The notes below the pieces were generated by a model that was not told the DNA's origin, did no database searches, and saw only the letters and a list, made by a program, of their open reading frames with translations. The translations under genes were made by a program, and so were the position numbers. DNA of 46,587 nt. It comes from Candidatus Bathyarchaeia archaeon (lineage in GTDB: Archaea > Thermoproteota > Bathyarchaeia > Bathyarchaeales > Bathycorpusculaceae). The stretch lies in the NCBI GenBank assembly GCA_050012755.1, contig JBEKGO010000020.1, positions 1 through 46,587 of the forward strand. The letters are read 5' to 3'. Below, in pieces: positions 17,562 to 27,211 of the stretch (position 1 is the first letter of the stretch; each line of letters opens with the position of its first letter).

Positions 17562-19478
17562 TCAGTCTCCTTTTTCAAAGCTTTCTGGCGAAATGTAATC
17601 ACCGTATTTTTCTTTAGCTTCAAGCAAGCGTTGACGTTGCAGATACAAAATGCCGAAAAGTTCCAATGGCGTGTCAGTAACGTTTTCTTGGTAAAATCGC
17701 TGCACCCGTTCAATCTTGGCAAGATTTTCCGGAACACGAATAGTGAATTGCTTAATGTAATCTTCCTTCGCGTAGTTTTTGCCCAGCACCTGCTTGAATA
17801 ATCTGCGTAAATCCTCATGTTTTGGAATAAATCCTGTTGGAGTAGCCAAAGCGTCTACTTCGTTATGCACTCTTAGCTCCATCCATTTTATCCAAACATG
17901 TTTATCCTGTGTGCCGTTTAGGTATTTGCCGTTGCCAACTTCTTTTAGGAAATAGTTTACTCCGAAAATGATTGGTCGTTTTTTGAGTTTCCGTCCAAAG
18001 TTCAAGTTGTTGTGAACGTTTTTGCCCATTGGAATTGAAATGAAGTCTTGGATGCTCATCATGTTAATTTCAGGGATTCCCTCTTTGCCGACAGTAGCGA
18101 AAGTGGTTTCTGTTTCAAGTGACGCACCGTAGGCTATTATGCCATGTTCCCAGCTGAAGCTTTGTTGAACTGGCACGTAGGCTTTAGCATCTCGTCCGCC
18201 ATACATTATGCCGGCTAATTCAACACCTAAGGGGTTGTCAAGTTCAGGGTCACAGTTTTTCAATGCTTTAAGCGCTAAGGTGTAGCGGGCGTTCTTATTA
18301 GCTGGTGGGACATCGTTGCCATCCTCGTCTTTTTTGCCTTCAAACCATGCGCCAGTATAGTTGCAACCGTCTTTAGGAAGCTCTTCGCCCATGCCTAGCC
18401 AGTATGGTTTGCCATCCTTAACCAGAATATTTGAGAATATGGTTTCTCCCGGCGCTGTCAGCAGCTTGTAAATCAAAGCATCGTCCTTGGGGTTGACGTC
18501 TTGTACGAGGCCAAATATGCCAGATTCTACGTTAACTGCACGTGCACTAGAATCGACATCTCTTAGGTACGCAATGTCGTCGCCGAGAATAGTCTCGCCT
18601 GGAAGCATAGCAGTTGAGGTTTTTCCGCAAGCGCTTGGAAAGGCTCCTGCAAAGTAGGTTTTGCGTCCGCCTGGACCAAAGACACCCATTAGGAGCATGT
18701 GTTCGGCTAACCATCCTTCGCTGCTTGCTTTACGAATGGCCAAGCGGAAGGCAAGTTTTTTGAAGCCGACAGAGTTTCCAGCATACTGTGTGTTAACACT
18801 ATAAATGGTATTGTCCATCTGGTCGATGTAAATGCATTTTTTATTCCAATCAACACTTACCATGTCACCATTTACTTTTCCAGATGAATGTAGCACGCGC
18901 AAGAAGTCACTTTTTGGTCCCGCCTTAACAAACTGTTCATATCCAGGTCGATAAAGCAGGTTTTCAGAGTGAGCAACGTACCATGAATCTGTACATTGTA
19001 AACCCAAAATAGTGAACACAGAATCTTGGGGACCCAGAGAGACAAAGCGTACAATCATCGTTTTTCCCGCCATTGAATCTCTAAGTATTCCTGTAACTTC
19101 AGCTAAACCTTCTTGGCGGTCCATTTGGTTAAGGGCTTTGCTTAAGGTAACTCCTTTCGGTACGAGATACTTTGTAGCTTGGCGATCTCGCCCTTGGTCG
19201 TGTTCACCGTCGAAATGGACAGTTTGCCCCTGTAGAGTTAAGATTGCTTGTTCTTCGCCTGAGGCAATTGCTTGCTTTCGGATACGTGTAATATCTTCAG
19301 CTGAGTCACTGCATATGAAAATATCCTTTGGGTGGCAGAGGTCATTTTCCTTAGCGATAAATTCGTGAACGTTTGGATTGTTTATCACGCTTAGTTTTTT
19401 GAAGTCTGCTGCGCTAAGTTTCGGTTGAAGCGCCTCGAGATACGGATTCATTATTACTGAATCTACAATTGTTGCCAT
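17562..19478 (-). CDS. pckG: phosphoenolpyruvate carboxykinase (GTP)
   Basis: YAGNSVGFKK, WLAEHM, AFPSACGKTSTAM, GDDIA and NARY motifs. Confidence 0.95.
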   Translation of the reverse strand: MATIVDSVIMNPYLEALQPKLSAADFKKLSVINNPNVHEFIAKENDLCHPKDIFICSDSAEDITRIRKQAIASGEEQAILTLQGQTVHFDGEHDQGRDRQATKYLVPKGVTLSKALNQMDRQEGLAEVTGILRDSMAGKTMIVRFVSLGPQDSVFTILGLQCTDSWYVAHSENLLYRPGYEQFVKAGPKSDFLRVLHSSGKVNGDMVSVDWNKKCIYIDQMDNTIYSVNTQYAGNSVGFKKLAFRLAIRKASSEGWLAEHMLLMGVFGPGGRKTYFAGAFPSACGKTSTAMLPGETILGDDIAYLRDVDSSARAVNVESGIFGLVQDVNPKDDALIYKLLTAPGETIFSNILVKDGKPYWLGMGEELPKDGCNYTGAWFEGKKDEDGNDVPPANKNARYTLALKALKNCDPELDNPLGVELAGIMYGGRDAKAYVPVQQSFSWEHGIIAYGASLETETTFATVGKEGIPEINMMSIQDFISIPMGKNVHNNLNFGRKLKKRPIIFGVNYFLKEVGNGKYLNGTQDKHVWIKWMELRVHNEVDALATPTGFIPKHEDLRRLFKQVLGKNYAKEDYIKQFTIRVPENLAKIERVQRFYQENVTDTPLELFGILYLQRQRLLEAKEKYGDYISPESFEKGD

Positions 19479-19662
19479 TTTTTCACCTTAAATGTTGCCT
19501 GCTCTGTGATTGAAACCCAATGTTTTCAGGTTTAATCCAGATTTTTTTAGCATTTTAATTGCTTTCCTTTCACAGTGGTGCATAAGTCAATTAAAAACTT
19601 TGTGCATGACAAAGAAAAGTTGTGGATTGTATTGTTCTCAAGTTGGTTTCTTTACACATTCC

Positions 19663-20628
19663 CTAAAGTTCGTTTACAGTACCAGGAATTCTAGGGAAAG
19701 GTTGACATTCACCAACGTGTTTAACGCCTGCAATCCACCCTACTAACCGTTCCATGCCGATTCCGCCGCCAGCAGTAGGTTTCAATCGTCCTTCCTTAGC
19801 CATCTTCAGAACTAATGCATAGTTTTCTTTTTTAATTTTGTCACGTTCAATTTTCTTTGAGATTTTGCTATATTCCCATTCACGTTTAGCTCCTGATAGC
19901 ACTTCACCGTACTGTGGCAGGAACAAGTCATAGTTATCCCATTTTCCAGATTTGAAGTCTTCATAATCATAGAATTCTCGTGGAATGTTCATTACCCAAA
20001 CAGGCTCTGTAATGTCTTTGGCTATCCCTGCTTCCCAATCGTCAACACCGTACTTTGCTTCAAGTTCAACGCGGTCATAGACTTTGAAAGGAGCCTTAAG
20101 AGCTTTCAGTGTATCACATCGACAAAGTGTAGTTAATTCACTTTTCATTTCACGTTTCAAATCCTTCACAAGTGAACAGAGGGCATCTTCGACCAAAGTC
20201 ATGATGTCTTTAGAAGTTGCATCTCTTGCTTCAAAATCAAGTTGAGTAAACTCGTAGGTGTGCTTGCCTGTTTTGGCGCGTTCTGCTTTTTCAATGCGTA
20301 TGTTGGGTGAAAGTATAAAGAGTTTCGGGTAGGCGGTGGATGAGGCGACCAGTTTATGGATGATCATGCTTGCTGTGGTTCGTACAGGTTTGCCGTAGAT
20401 GTCTACTTCGATTCTTTTCTCGATGGATGCGCCTGGATCTGGCCAGAGCGGATCAGTGCTTTGGCTTAGGGCTACTGGAAGCAGCCATTGGAAACCATTA
20501 TTCACAAAAGTGTCTGTGAGACTTTTTAGTGAGTAAGTCATAATTTTGCCTATGCAGGCTTTTCTTTCCAATTCGGTTGGAGTAAGTTGATCTAACGGTT
20601 TTGGTGTTTCAATTAATTCTTGTTTCAA
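19663..20628 (-). CDS. asnA: archaeal asparagine synthetase A (truncated AsnRS/AspRS-like)
   Basis: TDPLWPD, SMIIHK, SPNIRIE, H.YEFTQLDFE, GEVLSG..RE and GGGIGMERL motifs; no anticodon-binding domain. Confidence 0.88.
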   Translation of the reverse strand: MKQELIETPKPLDQLTPTELERKACIGKIMTYSLKSLTDTFVNNGFQWLLPVALSQSTDPLWPDPGASIEKRIEVDIYGKPVRTTASMIIHKLVASSTAYPKLFILSPNIRIEKAERAKTGKHTYEFTQLDFEARDATSKDIMTLVEDALCSLVKDLKREMKSELTTLCRCDTLKALKAPFKVYDRVELEAKYGVDDWEAGIAKDITEPVWVMNIPREFYDYEDFKSGKWDNYDLFLPQYGEVLSGAKREWEYSKISKKIERDKIKKENYALVLKMAKEGRLKPTAGGGIGMERLVGWIAGVKHVGECQPFPRIPGTVNEL

Positions 20629-20755
20629 TTTTGATCACTTTACTTAATATGGTGAAAATACACTGTGCAAAGGAGATAATAAATTTTTTATACTAAAACA
20701 TGAACAAATTACGAAAAACACAAGGTTTTATAGCTAAAACATGTAATATTTACAT

Positions 20756-21256
20756 ATGAGCATTAAACTGGATGAAAAAGATATAGCTATACTCAAACTC
20801 GTACAGGAAAACAGCAAGCTAACAGCAAACCAAATCGCCAAAAAAATTGGTTCACCAATAACCACGGTTTTCGCAAAAACAAAACGTATGGAAGAGCTTG
20901 GCATAATAAAACAGTACCGAGCCATTCTTGCCCCTGAAAAATTGAATTTAGGTACAGCGGCATTCATATTGGCATCCGTTTCCTATAGATCAAAATCCGA
21001 TGATACTCCAGTTTCACAAAGAGTTGTTGCTGAAGAGATTGCACGTTTTCCCGAAGTCCAAGAAGTTTACATAATTACCGGTGACTGGGATTTACTGATT
21101 AAACTCCGAGCTGAAAATGTTGATGCCATAGGCAAGTTCGTAGTCGATAAGTTACGGTTAATTAACGGCTTAGAGAAGACACTGACATGCATGGTTTTCG
21201 AAACCGTTAAAGAAACGACAAGTCTGGGACAATCCTTTAAAAGAAACGAGAAGTAG
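20756..21256 (+). CDS. Lrp/AsnC family regulator
   Basis: LDEKD..IL..., E.Y.ITGDWD; divergent from asnA. Confidence 0.92.
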   Translation: MSIKLDEKDIAILKLVQENSKLTANQIAKKIGSPITTVFAKTKRMEELGIIKQYRAILAPEKLNLGTAAFILASVSYRSKSDDTPVSQRVVAEEIARFPEVQEVYIITGDWDLLIKLRAENVDAIGKFVVDKLRLINGLEKTLTCMVFETVKETTSLGQSFKRNEK

Positions 21257-21259
21257 CGA

Positions 21260-21730
21260 TCAAGTCTTAACTTCGGATGAGCTGGAATAGTACAGAAGAG
21301 GCAGCGCCAGGAGGACCGTGTTTTTTCCTTTGGAAGTTAGCGCATACTCCACTCGCAGGGGTGGACCAACAGTTACCTTTCTTGTGATGTAGCCATGTTT
21401 CCGAAGCATCTTAAGCTTGTCTGAGAGGGTGCGGGAGTTAACGGTTAAGATTTTTTTAATTTGACCAAAGCCGATGGCGTCTTTAAGCAGTAGGGTGTAG
21501 AGGATCTCAAGGCTCCATTTCTGAAACAAAAGATTGAAGGTTTCTTGTAGGCTGTCAAGTTCTTTTTTGAGTTCGGTCGGTGTTATTTTTTGGGTTTCTA
21601 TGATTTGCTTGAAGGTTTCTTCAACACCCTTTAAAACCTGGTTCATTCGGGCTTCCACGATTTTGCGGAATTCAGCACTCAAAGTCAAGGGGGCACTCAT
21701 CTGTCTTACACTCAGTGTAGGTTGGCTCAC
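21260..21730 (-). CDS. HxlR family wHTH regulator
   Basis: KWSLEIL, SRTLSDKLK.L and PPLRVEYALT.KG motifs. Confidence 0.88.
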   Translation of the reverse strand: MSQPTLSVRQMSAPLTLSAEFRKIVEARMNQVLKGVEETFKQIIETQKITPTELKKELDSLQETFNLLFQKWSLEILYTLLLKDAIGFGQIKKILTVNSRTLSDKLKMLRKHGYITRKVTVGPPLRVEYALTSKGKNTVLLALPLLYYSSSSEVKT

Positions 21731-21783
21731 TTCACAATTTATAAAGGTTTACTAATACAACAAGGTATACAAATTACATCTAC

Positions 21784-23160
21784 TTGGAGGATAATATCTT
21801 GGAAAAATATGACGCCGTAGTCGTTGGCGCAGGAACAGCAGGCTGCTTAGCAGCAAAAACCATGTCTGAAAAAGGCTTAAAAATTTGCATCATCGAAAAG
21901 AAAAAACGTGAAGAAATCGGCGAAAAAGTCTGCGGCGACGCCTTGGGTGAGCATCATCTTAAATTTTTGGGGCTGGAAAAACCCACAGGCGGCGAGTTGG
22001 AAGCGAAAATTGATGGGATAAAAATCTATTCCCCAGACGAAAACACAGTCTTCACCATAGCCGACAAAGACTTCATCGGTTTCCTTTTGAACAGGCGACT
22101 GTTCGGGCAGTGGCTGCTTAAGAAAGCAACCGACAAAGGTGCACTCCTGCAAGATAACATGAATTTCCGTTCACCCATAATTGAGAAAGGCGCAGTAGCA
22201 GGAATAACTGCGAAAAACATGAAAACTGGCAAAGTTACGGAGATACGAAGTAAGGTTGTGGTTGACGCTACTGGCTATTTTGGCATGGTACGCAAGCAAC
22301 TACCTGCCGAGATGGGCATAGACCGCGATATAGCAAACGAAGATGTGGAAGCATGCTACCGAGAAATTCGCCAACTCAAACAAGAAACCGAAAACACCCG
22401 CTTCTGCGAAATCTACCTTAACCAAAAAGCCTCACCAGGTGGTTATATCTGGATTTTCCCCAAAGGCGGTGCCCGTGTCAATGTGGGCATAGGCACCTGC
22501 ATGCACGAAAACTATCCTAACCCCAAGCAGCAACTCTATGAAACAGCCTTTAAAAGATCAATTTTTGAAGGTTCCACGGTTTTGACTGGTGGCTCTTGGT
22601 TTGATCCTGTACGCAGGCCGTTAGACAACATGGTTTCAAATGGTGTCGTTTTAACTGGTGATGCTGCTTCGTTAGTTAATCCAATTCACGGCGGAGGCAT
22701 CGGACCCTCAATGCTAAGCGGCTATCTTGCAGGGCAACAAATCGTTGAAGCCCTAAACAAAGGAGAACCGACAAAAGAGACACTTTGGGGTTACAACAAA
22801 AAATACATCGACACATATGGCAAAAAACAAGGAACCTTAGACATTTTCAAGATGTTCCTTTTATCTTGTAGCGACGCAGACCTCAACTATGGTATGAACG
22901 AAAAACTGATGACTGAAGATGACGTTCTCAAAGCAGGCATGGGCGACGATTTCCACCTAAATATCACAGAAACCGCAAAACGCGTGTTCCGCGGCATACG
23001 ACGCGTAGGATTCCTCAACAAACTCCGCTTAACCGTTACAATGATGCGGGGACTCAGCGCACACTACAGCACATACCCAACCTCACCCCAAAACTTCGAG
23101 CCATGGCGACTACAAACCGTAAAGCTCATTGAAGAAGCCAGGCACAAACTCGTAGAATAA
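21784..23160 (+). CDS. geranylgeranyl reductase family FAD oxidoreductase (DGGR-like)
   Basis: VVGAGTAG, K.CGD, GYIWIFPKG and GDAA..VNPIHGGGI motifs. Confidence 0.88.
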   Translation: MEDNILEKYDAVVVGAGTAGCLAAKTMSEKGLKICIIEKKKREEIGEKVCGDALGEHHLKFLGLEKPTGGELEAKIDGIKIYSPDENTVFTIADKDFIGFLLNRRLFGQWLLKKATDKGALLQDNMNFRSPIIEKGAVAGITAKNMKTGKVTEIRSKVVVDATGYFGMVRKQLPAEMGIDRDIANEDVEACYREIRQLKQETENTRFCEIYLNQKASPGGYIWIFPKGGARVNVGIGTCMHENYPNPKQQLYETAFKRSIFEGSTVLTGGSWFDPVRRPLDNMVSNGVVLTGDAASLVNPIHGGGIGPSMLSGYLAGQQIVEALNKGEPTKETLWGYNKKYIDTYGKKQGTLDIFKMFLLSCSDADLNYGMNEKLMTEDDVLKAGMGDDFHLNITETAKRVFRGIRRVGFLNKLRLTVTMMRGLSAHYSTYPTSPQNFEPWRLQTVKLIEEARHKLVE

Positions 23161-23244
23161 CCAGCCAACGCGCACTTTCCTTAATTCTTTCTTCTTTTCA
23201 GTCCAGTAAAAGCTTAAATTCCCAGTGTAACATGCGTATCTACG

Positions 23245-23604
23245 GTGAAAAATTTGGTTTACTGTTCAAGCTGTGGAGCACAAATAGCTGACGACGCTTA
23301 TTTCTGCCCAAAATGTGGCACAAAAACCGAAAAGGGCAAAGCTGCAAAAGCAGTTTATCCAGCAGATGAGTTGCGGGATACTTTTTACCAAGTTGGAATA
23401 GAGCTTGAGAAAGTCTTCAACATGGCGGCGCGAGAGACGCATTCAGCTATCCAGAAAGCAAGAGAGAATTGGCAGCAAAAACCTCCTCAGGAGCAAATTG
23501 TTACTTGCACTAAATGTGCTACAAAAAACCCAGAAGGCTCGATTTTCTGTCGTAGCTGCGGCACAAATCTGGCTCCGAATGAAGAGTCGCATGGTAGCGC
23601 TTAG
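23245..23604 (+). CDS. double zinc-ribbon protein
   Basis: YCSSCG..FCPKCG and CTKC..FCRSCG. Confidence 0.85.
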   Translation: MKNLVYCSSCGAQIADDAYFCPKCGTKTEKGKAAKAVYPADELRDTFYQVGIELEKVFNMAARETHSAIQKARENWQQKPPQEQIVTCTKCATKNPEGSIFCRSCGTNLAPNEESHGSA

Positions 23605-23606
23605 AG

Positions 23607-24086
23607 ATGGATGCAAATAGGACACTTATCGCCTACGAGACTAAGGGCGGTGCAACTGAAGAGTCAGCGAGAAAAATCGCTGAAGTTTTGCGTTCAAAAT
23701 TCCAGATTGAAGTTGATTTGGTTGATTTGAAAGAGCAGAAAGTGCCCGACCTAACGCAATACAAAAACGTTATCGTCGGCGGAGGCGTTAGGAATGGCAG
23801 AGTTTACAGTAAAGCAGTAAAGTTTCTTGAAAACGACTTCACTGGGAAAAAGGTAGCTTTTTTTGTTTCTTCCTCTTGGGCTGGTACTCCTAAGCAGGAT
23901 AGCTATGATGCTGCAAAAGCCAAATTTGTAGAAAACACCATAGCGAAGTTTCCAAAAATCAACGCAGTAAGCGCAGAAGCCTTCGGAGGACGCATAAAGA
24001 TTCTTGGTAAGCTCATGTTGGATAATACGGATTTGAGTAAGGTTGAGGCTTGGGCTGAAGAGCTTGGAAAAAAATTCAATCAATAA
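23607..24086 (+). CDS. flavodoxin domain protein (HemG/Flavodoxin_5-like)
   Basis: IAYETKGGAT FMN loop; VAFF; FGG; V.AWA. Confidence 0.85.
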   Translation: MDANRTLIAYETKGGATEESARKIAEVLRSKFQIEVDLVDLKEQKVPDLTQYKNVIVGGGVRNGRVYSKAVKFLENDFTGKKVAFFVSSSWAGTPKQDSYDAAKAKFVENTIAKFPKINAVSAEAFGGRIKILGKLMLDNTDLSKVEAWAEELGKKFNQ

Positions 24087-24276
24087 ACAAATTGGCATAA
24101 AAGCGGAGGCTCTGCTTTGCCCGACCTGCTGCGTGGAATACGTTGAAGTAGAGTTTGACTTTGAAGTCGACGGCGTTATACTAAATAACGTTAAGGCGCT
24201 TAGATGCCCTGCTTGTGAAGAAGAAGTGTTCACACCCCAACAGGTCGAAGAAATTAGAAAACGAATTTCCACTTAA
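24043..24276 (+). CDS. YgiT/MqsA-type zinc finger protein
   Basis: CPTC...NVKALRCPACEEEVFT; start uncertain. Confidence 0.65.
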   Translation: MRLGLKSLEKNSINKQIGIKAEALLCPTCCVEYVEVEFDFEVDGVILNNVKALRCPACEEEVFTPQQVEEIRKRIST

Positions 24277-24345
24277 TTCTTGCCTTTCCTGCGTTTTATC
24301 GAGGCAAATACAAGCGCAATAGAGACTGTTAATGCGATATTCTTT

Positions 24346-24507
24346 TTAGCTGGAGTTTGTGTACCATTTCAAGAGCTCATCAGCAGCTTTTTTGGAACGC
24401 CCAGCATCGACTAGTAATCGCTCAAACCCGAGCTCTGCTTTTTCGCTCTCCTTCGGAATATCCTTTTTTCCTGAAGATTTAGTAGCAACTATATGTTTGT
24501 TTTTCAT
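24346..24507 (-). CDS. small hypothetical protein (53 aa)
   Basis: Read manually: MKNKHIVATK...FERLLVDAGRSKKAADELLKWYTNSS*; GGAG upstream. Confidence 0.45.
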   Translation of the reverse strand: MKNKHIVATKSSGKKDIPKESEKAELGFERLLVDAGRSKKAADELLKWYTNSS

Positions 24508-24970
24508 TTCGATTTTTTCTCCGTGAATGTGTTGTACTCGTGTACAATGTGTCTTCCTAAGACGTATTTTTCACGTCTTCACTGTGATTAAAGCGCCACA
24601 TAAACCCTCGCACATAACTCAAGCATATCAGGAGCCTCATTTGTCGAACACAAAGAACACATTAATACGTAAAATCTTACCCGGGAAGCGATATTCCAAA
24701 CGTACATTTTGTTTGACAGAACCTGCACAACAGATCTTCACAAAAACATGAATTTGCACCATTTCACATAGTAAAATAGTCAGCACTTCTTTTCCGAATT
24801 ATCCGAGCTATCTCTTCCTTTCTGATCAGAAATAAAACAGCCCAGCGGTCTCACTAAATGTAAGACGATAAAGAAAAAAACAGCGACGATAGGTTTTTAT
24901 GTTTGCCTGAAGTCTCTAAGGTGTCACCAACATATATTAAAGGCAAAACAAATTGGATTGATGGACCAAA

Positions 24971-25279
24971 ATGGTAAGAAAAGCGCGAATACGCCTCACA
25001 AGCACAGATTACTCGAAATTGGAAGAGGTATGCGGAGAACTTAGAAGCATCGCCCAAAAAACAGGTGTAAAAATCAATGGTCCAGTACCACTACCGACAA
25101 AACGGCTGCGAGTTCCAGTTCTAAAAGCGCCTTCAGGTGAAGGAACAGCAACATGGGACAGATGGGAAATGCGCATTCACAAACGCTTAATTGACATCGA
25201 TTCAGAAGAACGGGTCATGAGACGAATCATGCGCATACGTGTGCCAGAAGAAGTCCACGTAACAATCGAGCTCATCTAA
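24971..25279 (+). CDS. rps10: 30S ribosomal protein S10 (uS10)
   Basis: [31 protein letters not shown]. Confidence 0.97.
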   Translation: MVRKARIRLTSTDYSKLEEVCGELRSIAQKTGVKINGPVPLPTKRLRVPVLKAPSGEGTATWDRWEMRIHKRLIDIDSEERVMRRIMRIRVPEEVHVTIELI

Positions 25280-25349
25280 ACATAAAGCAGTTTTTCAAAA
25301 GCTTCTTTTTTGTTTGTGCTTTAGCTCCAGTTCTAAAAAATTCTCTTCA

Positions 25350-26129
25350 TTAGCTGCGATTTCGAAAGCCACCTACAATTGCGTTGCGGGCATGCTTCCA
25401 TAAACAATCAACTTCATCAAACCCCGCTTCCTTTAGCCATTCCAGATGGTTCATAACCGTAGGCGCACCAACAGAAAATATTTTATCGCTTTTTTCAAAG
25501 AAAGTCTTGTAACTTTTGCTGCGGTCGCTTAAAAGCTGTTCAACTTCTTGGAGGCTTTTCTCGACGCCAGTTTTCGTTTTTATCAGGTATTGAAAATCCA
25601 CAAGCCGAGATTTATGATAAATCCTCTCTAGCTCAGAGCCTGGAGGAGAAAAAACATCACAGGAGAGAAAACATCCACTGGGGTTGAGCAATCGGAAAAC
25701 TTCCTGATACAACTCTTTGACTCTGTCAGGGATGGTGTGGGTTACAAAAGAAGATACTACTCCATCATAGGTTCCCTTAATAGTTTGCATCCAATCGGGT
25801 CCTCTCAGGTTGCTTTGTACGAAAGTTACTTTTCCCTCAAATTTTGTCAGTTGCTGTCTGGCATGAGAAAGCATGGCTTCTGAGAAATCCAAGCAAGTGA
25901 GGGATAGGTTTGGGAAAATGTTTAGGAGGGCTAAGCTGAGGGCGCCTGTTCCCGCACCCAGATCGAGCACACGAAGCGCATCGGTTGGTTCAAAGGGCAG
26001 GAATGAAATTAATTTCTGGCGCCATATGTTGCGACCTGCTTCCATGCCTTTATCAGCCATCCAAAAATCAACATATTTTGAGGAAAGGTAACGATTTTTG
26101 AAAGAACCTGAATCTGCCATCATATACAC
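25350..26129 (-). CDS. class I SAM methyltransferase
   Basis: VLDLGAGTG, LDFSEAML and WLKEAGF..VDC.WK motifs. Confidence 0.9.
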   Translation of the reverse strand: MYMMADSGSFKNRYLSSKYVDFWMADKGMEAGRNIWRQKLISFLPFEPTDALRVLDLGAGTGALSLALLNIFPNLSLTCLDFSEAMLSHARQQLTKFEGKVTFVQSNLRGPDWMQTIKGTYDGVVSSFVTHTIPDRVKELYQEVFRLLNPSGCFLSCDVFSPPGSELERIYHKSRLVDFQYLIKTKTGVEKSLQEVEQLLSDRSKSYKTFFEKSDKIFSVGAPTVMNHLEWLKEAGFDEVDCLWKHARNAIVGGFRNRS

Positions 26130-26237
26130 GCCTGTTTGACATTATTATGATCTAATTAATTATTAAAAGGAATTTATGAAACCTTCTGAAATCTGAATCT
26201 TTCTAAAAGGGAAAAAATGTTTCTTTGTTATTTAAGT

Positions 26238-27056
26238 TCAAGGGAATACTTTAAAGTATGTAAATACTGCAAGAATAGCGCTAGGAACGAACGCTAAAGC
26301 CCAAAGTTTCTTGTTGAAGCTGAAAATTTTGTAGCCGTCTAAAATTCCGATTGGTATCAGGTTGAAGACTGCCATGAAAGCATTGATGTAAGCGGCAAAA
26401 AACAGCATGGTAACAAACGAACTAGGCGGTAGAACAACTGCAACTCCTAGAAGCGCCGTAGAGAGAATTAAGTTGATGGCTGGGCCAGCGATGGAAATTT
26501 TGACGATCTCATCACCGTTGGGTTGACCAGCAAGCATCATTGCTCCTGGCGAAATCATCTTAAACGGCAAAAAGACTGAGATCAAGGTTAAAACTGATCC
26601 CCAAGTTGTTAGGCGGAATTCTGCCCATAGACCATTCTTTTGACCAATAATTTTATGGCCAATTTCATGAGCTAGAAAAGAGGCAGTCATTATGACAGCG
26701 AAAATACTCATGACGCCCCAAGACCAAGCAGGGTTGAATACATTGAAATAGTTCTCATATATTCCGATTGAGAAACCGATGCCGATGACAAGCGCTGCTG
26801 CAACGCTTATGTGTTTGAGTTCTTTATGGCTAAAGTAAACATGATGCTCACGCTTGGGCTGACCCAAATTATAGGTGTATTGATAAGAGTTATATGATTG
26901 GGGAGTCATTACTTGTTCTTGTCTTTGTGTACGTGCAGAATTTATTTGTGGACATGAATGGTTTTCTGGTAAACGGTGTGCACTGCAGAATTGTCCCCCG
27001 CAATATTGACAGCGGAATGGAAGAAGAGTTTCTTGGCTGCACACTTGGCATTTCAT
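26238..27056 (-). CDS. AN1-type Zn finger fused to M50 (site-2) metalloprotease
   Basis: CQYCGGQFCSAHRLPENHSC; HEIGH; AGP; FNLIP..LDG. Confidence 0.88.
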   Translation of the reverse strand: MKCQVCSQETLLPFRCQYCGGQFCSAHRLPENHSCPQINSARTQRQEQVMTPQSYNSYQYTYNLGQPKREHHVYFSHKELKHISVAAALVIGIGFSIGIYENYFNVFNPAWSWGVMSIFAVIMTASFLAHEIGHKIIGQKNGLWAEFRLTTWGSVLTLISVFLPFKMISPGAMMLAGQPNGDEIVKISIAGPAINLILSTALLGVAVVLPPSSFVTMLFFAAYINAFMAVFNLIPIGILDGYKIFSFNKKLWALAFVPSAILAVFTYFKVFP

Positions 27057-27211
27057 CTAATTAAAGCGCCTTTCCAAGTATCATGCAGAGGGTGCCTTAT
27101 ATTTTTCTCCTTCTAAGAGAAGAAATTTCCCTGATTTCTCAAGAAGATAAACGCTTTAAAATAAGCCAACTACTATGTGAAGCATAAGGGGAAAGAAAGG
27201 GAGTCTACCGC

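Noticed and set aside
19663-20628. Truncated asparaginyl-tRNA synthetase pseudogene
   Set aside because: The length and TDPLWPD motif match the stand-alone archaeal asparagine synthetase.
24043-24276. MqsRA-like toxin-antitoxin pair
   Set aside because: Only the Zn-finger is present; no HTH and no adjacent toxin gene.
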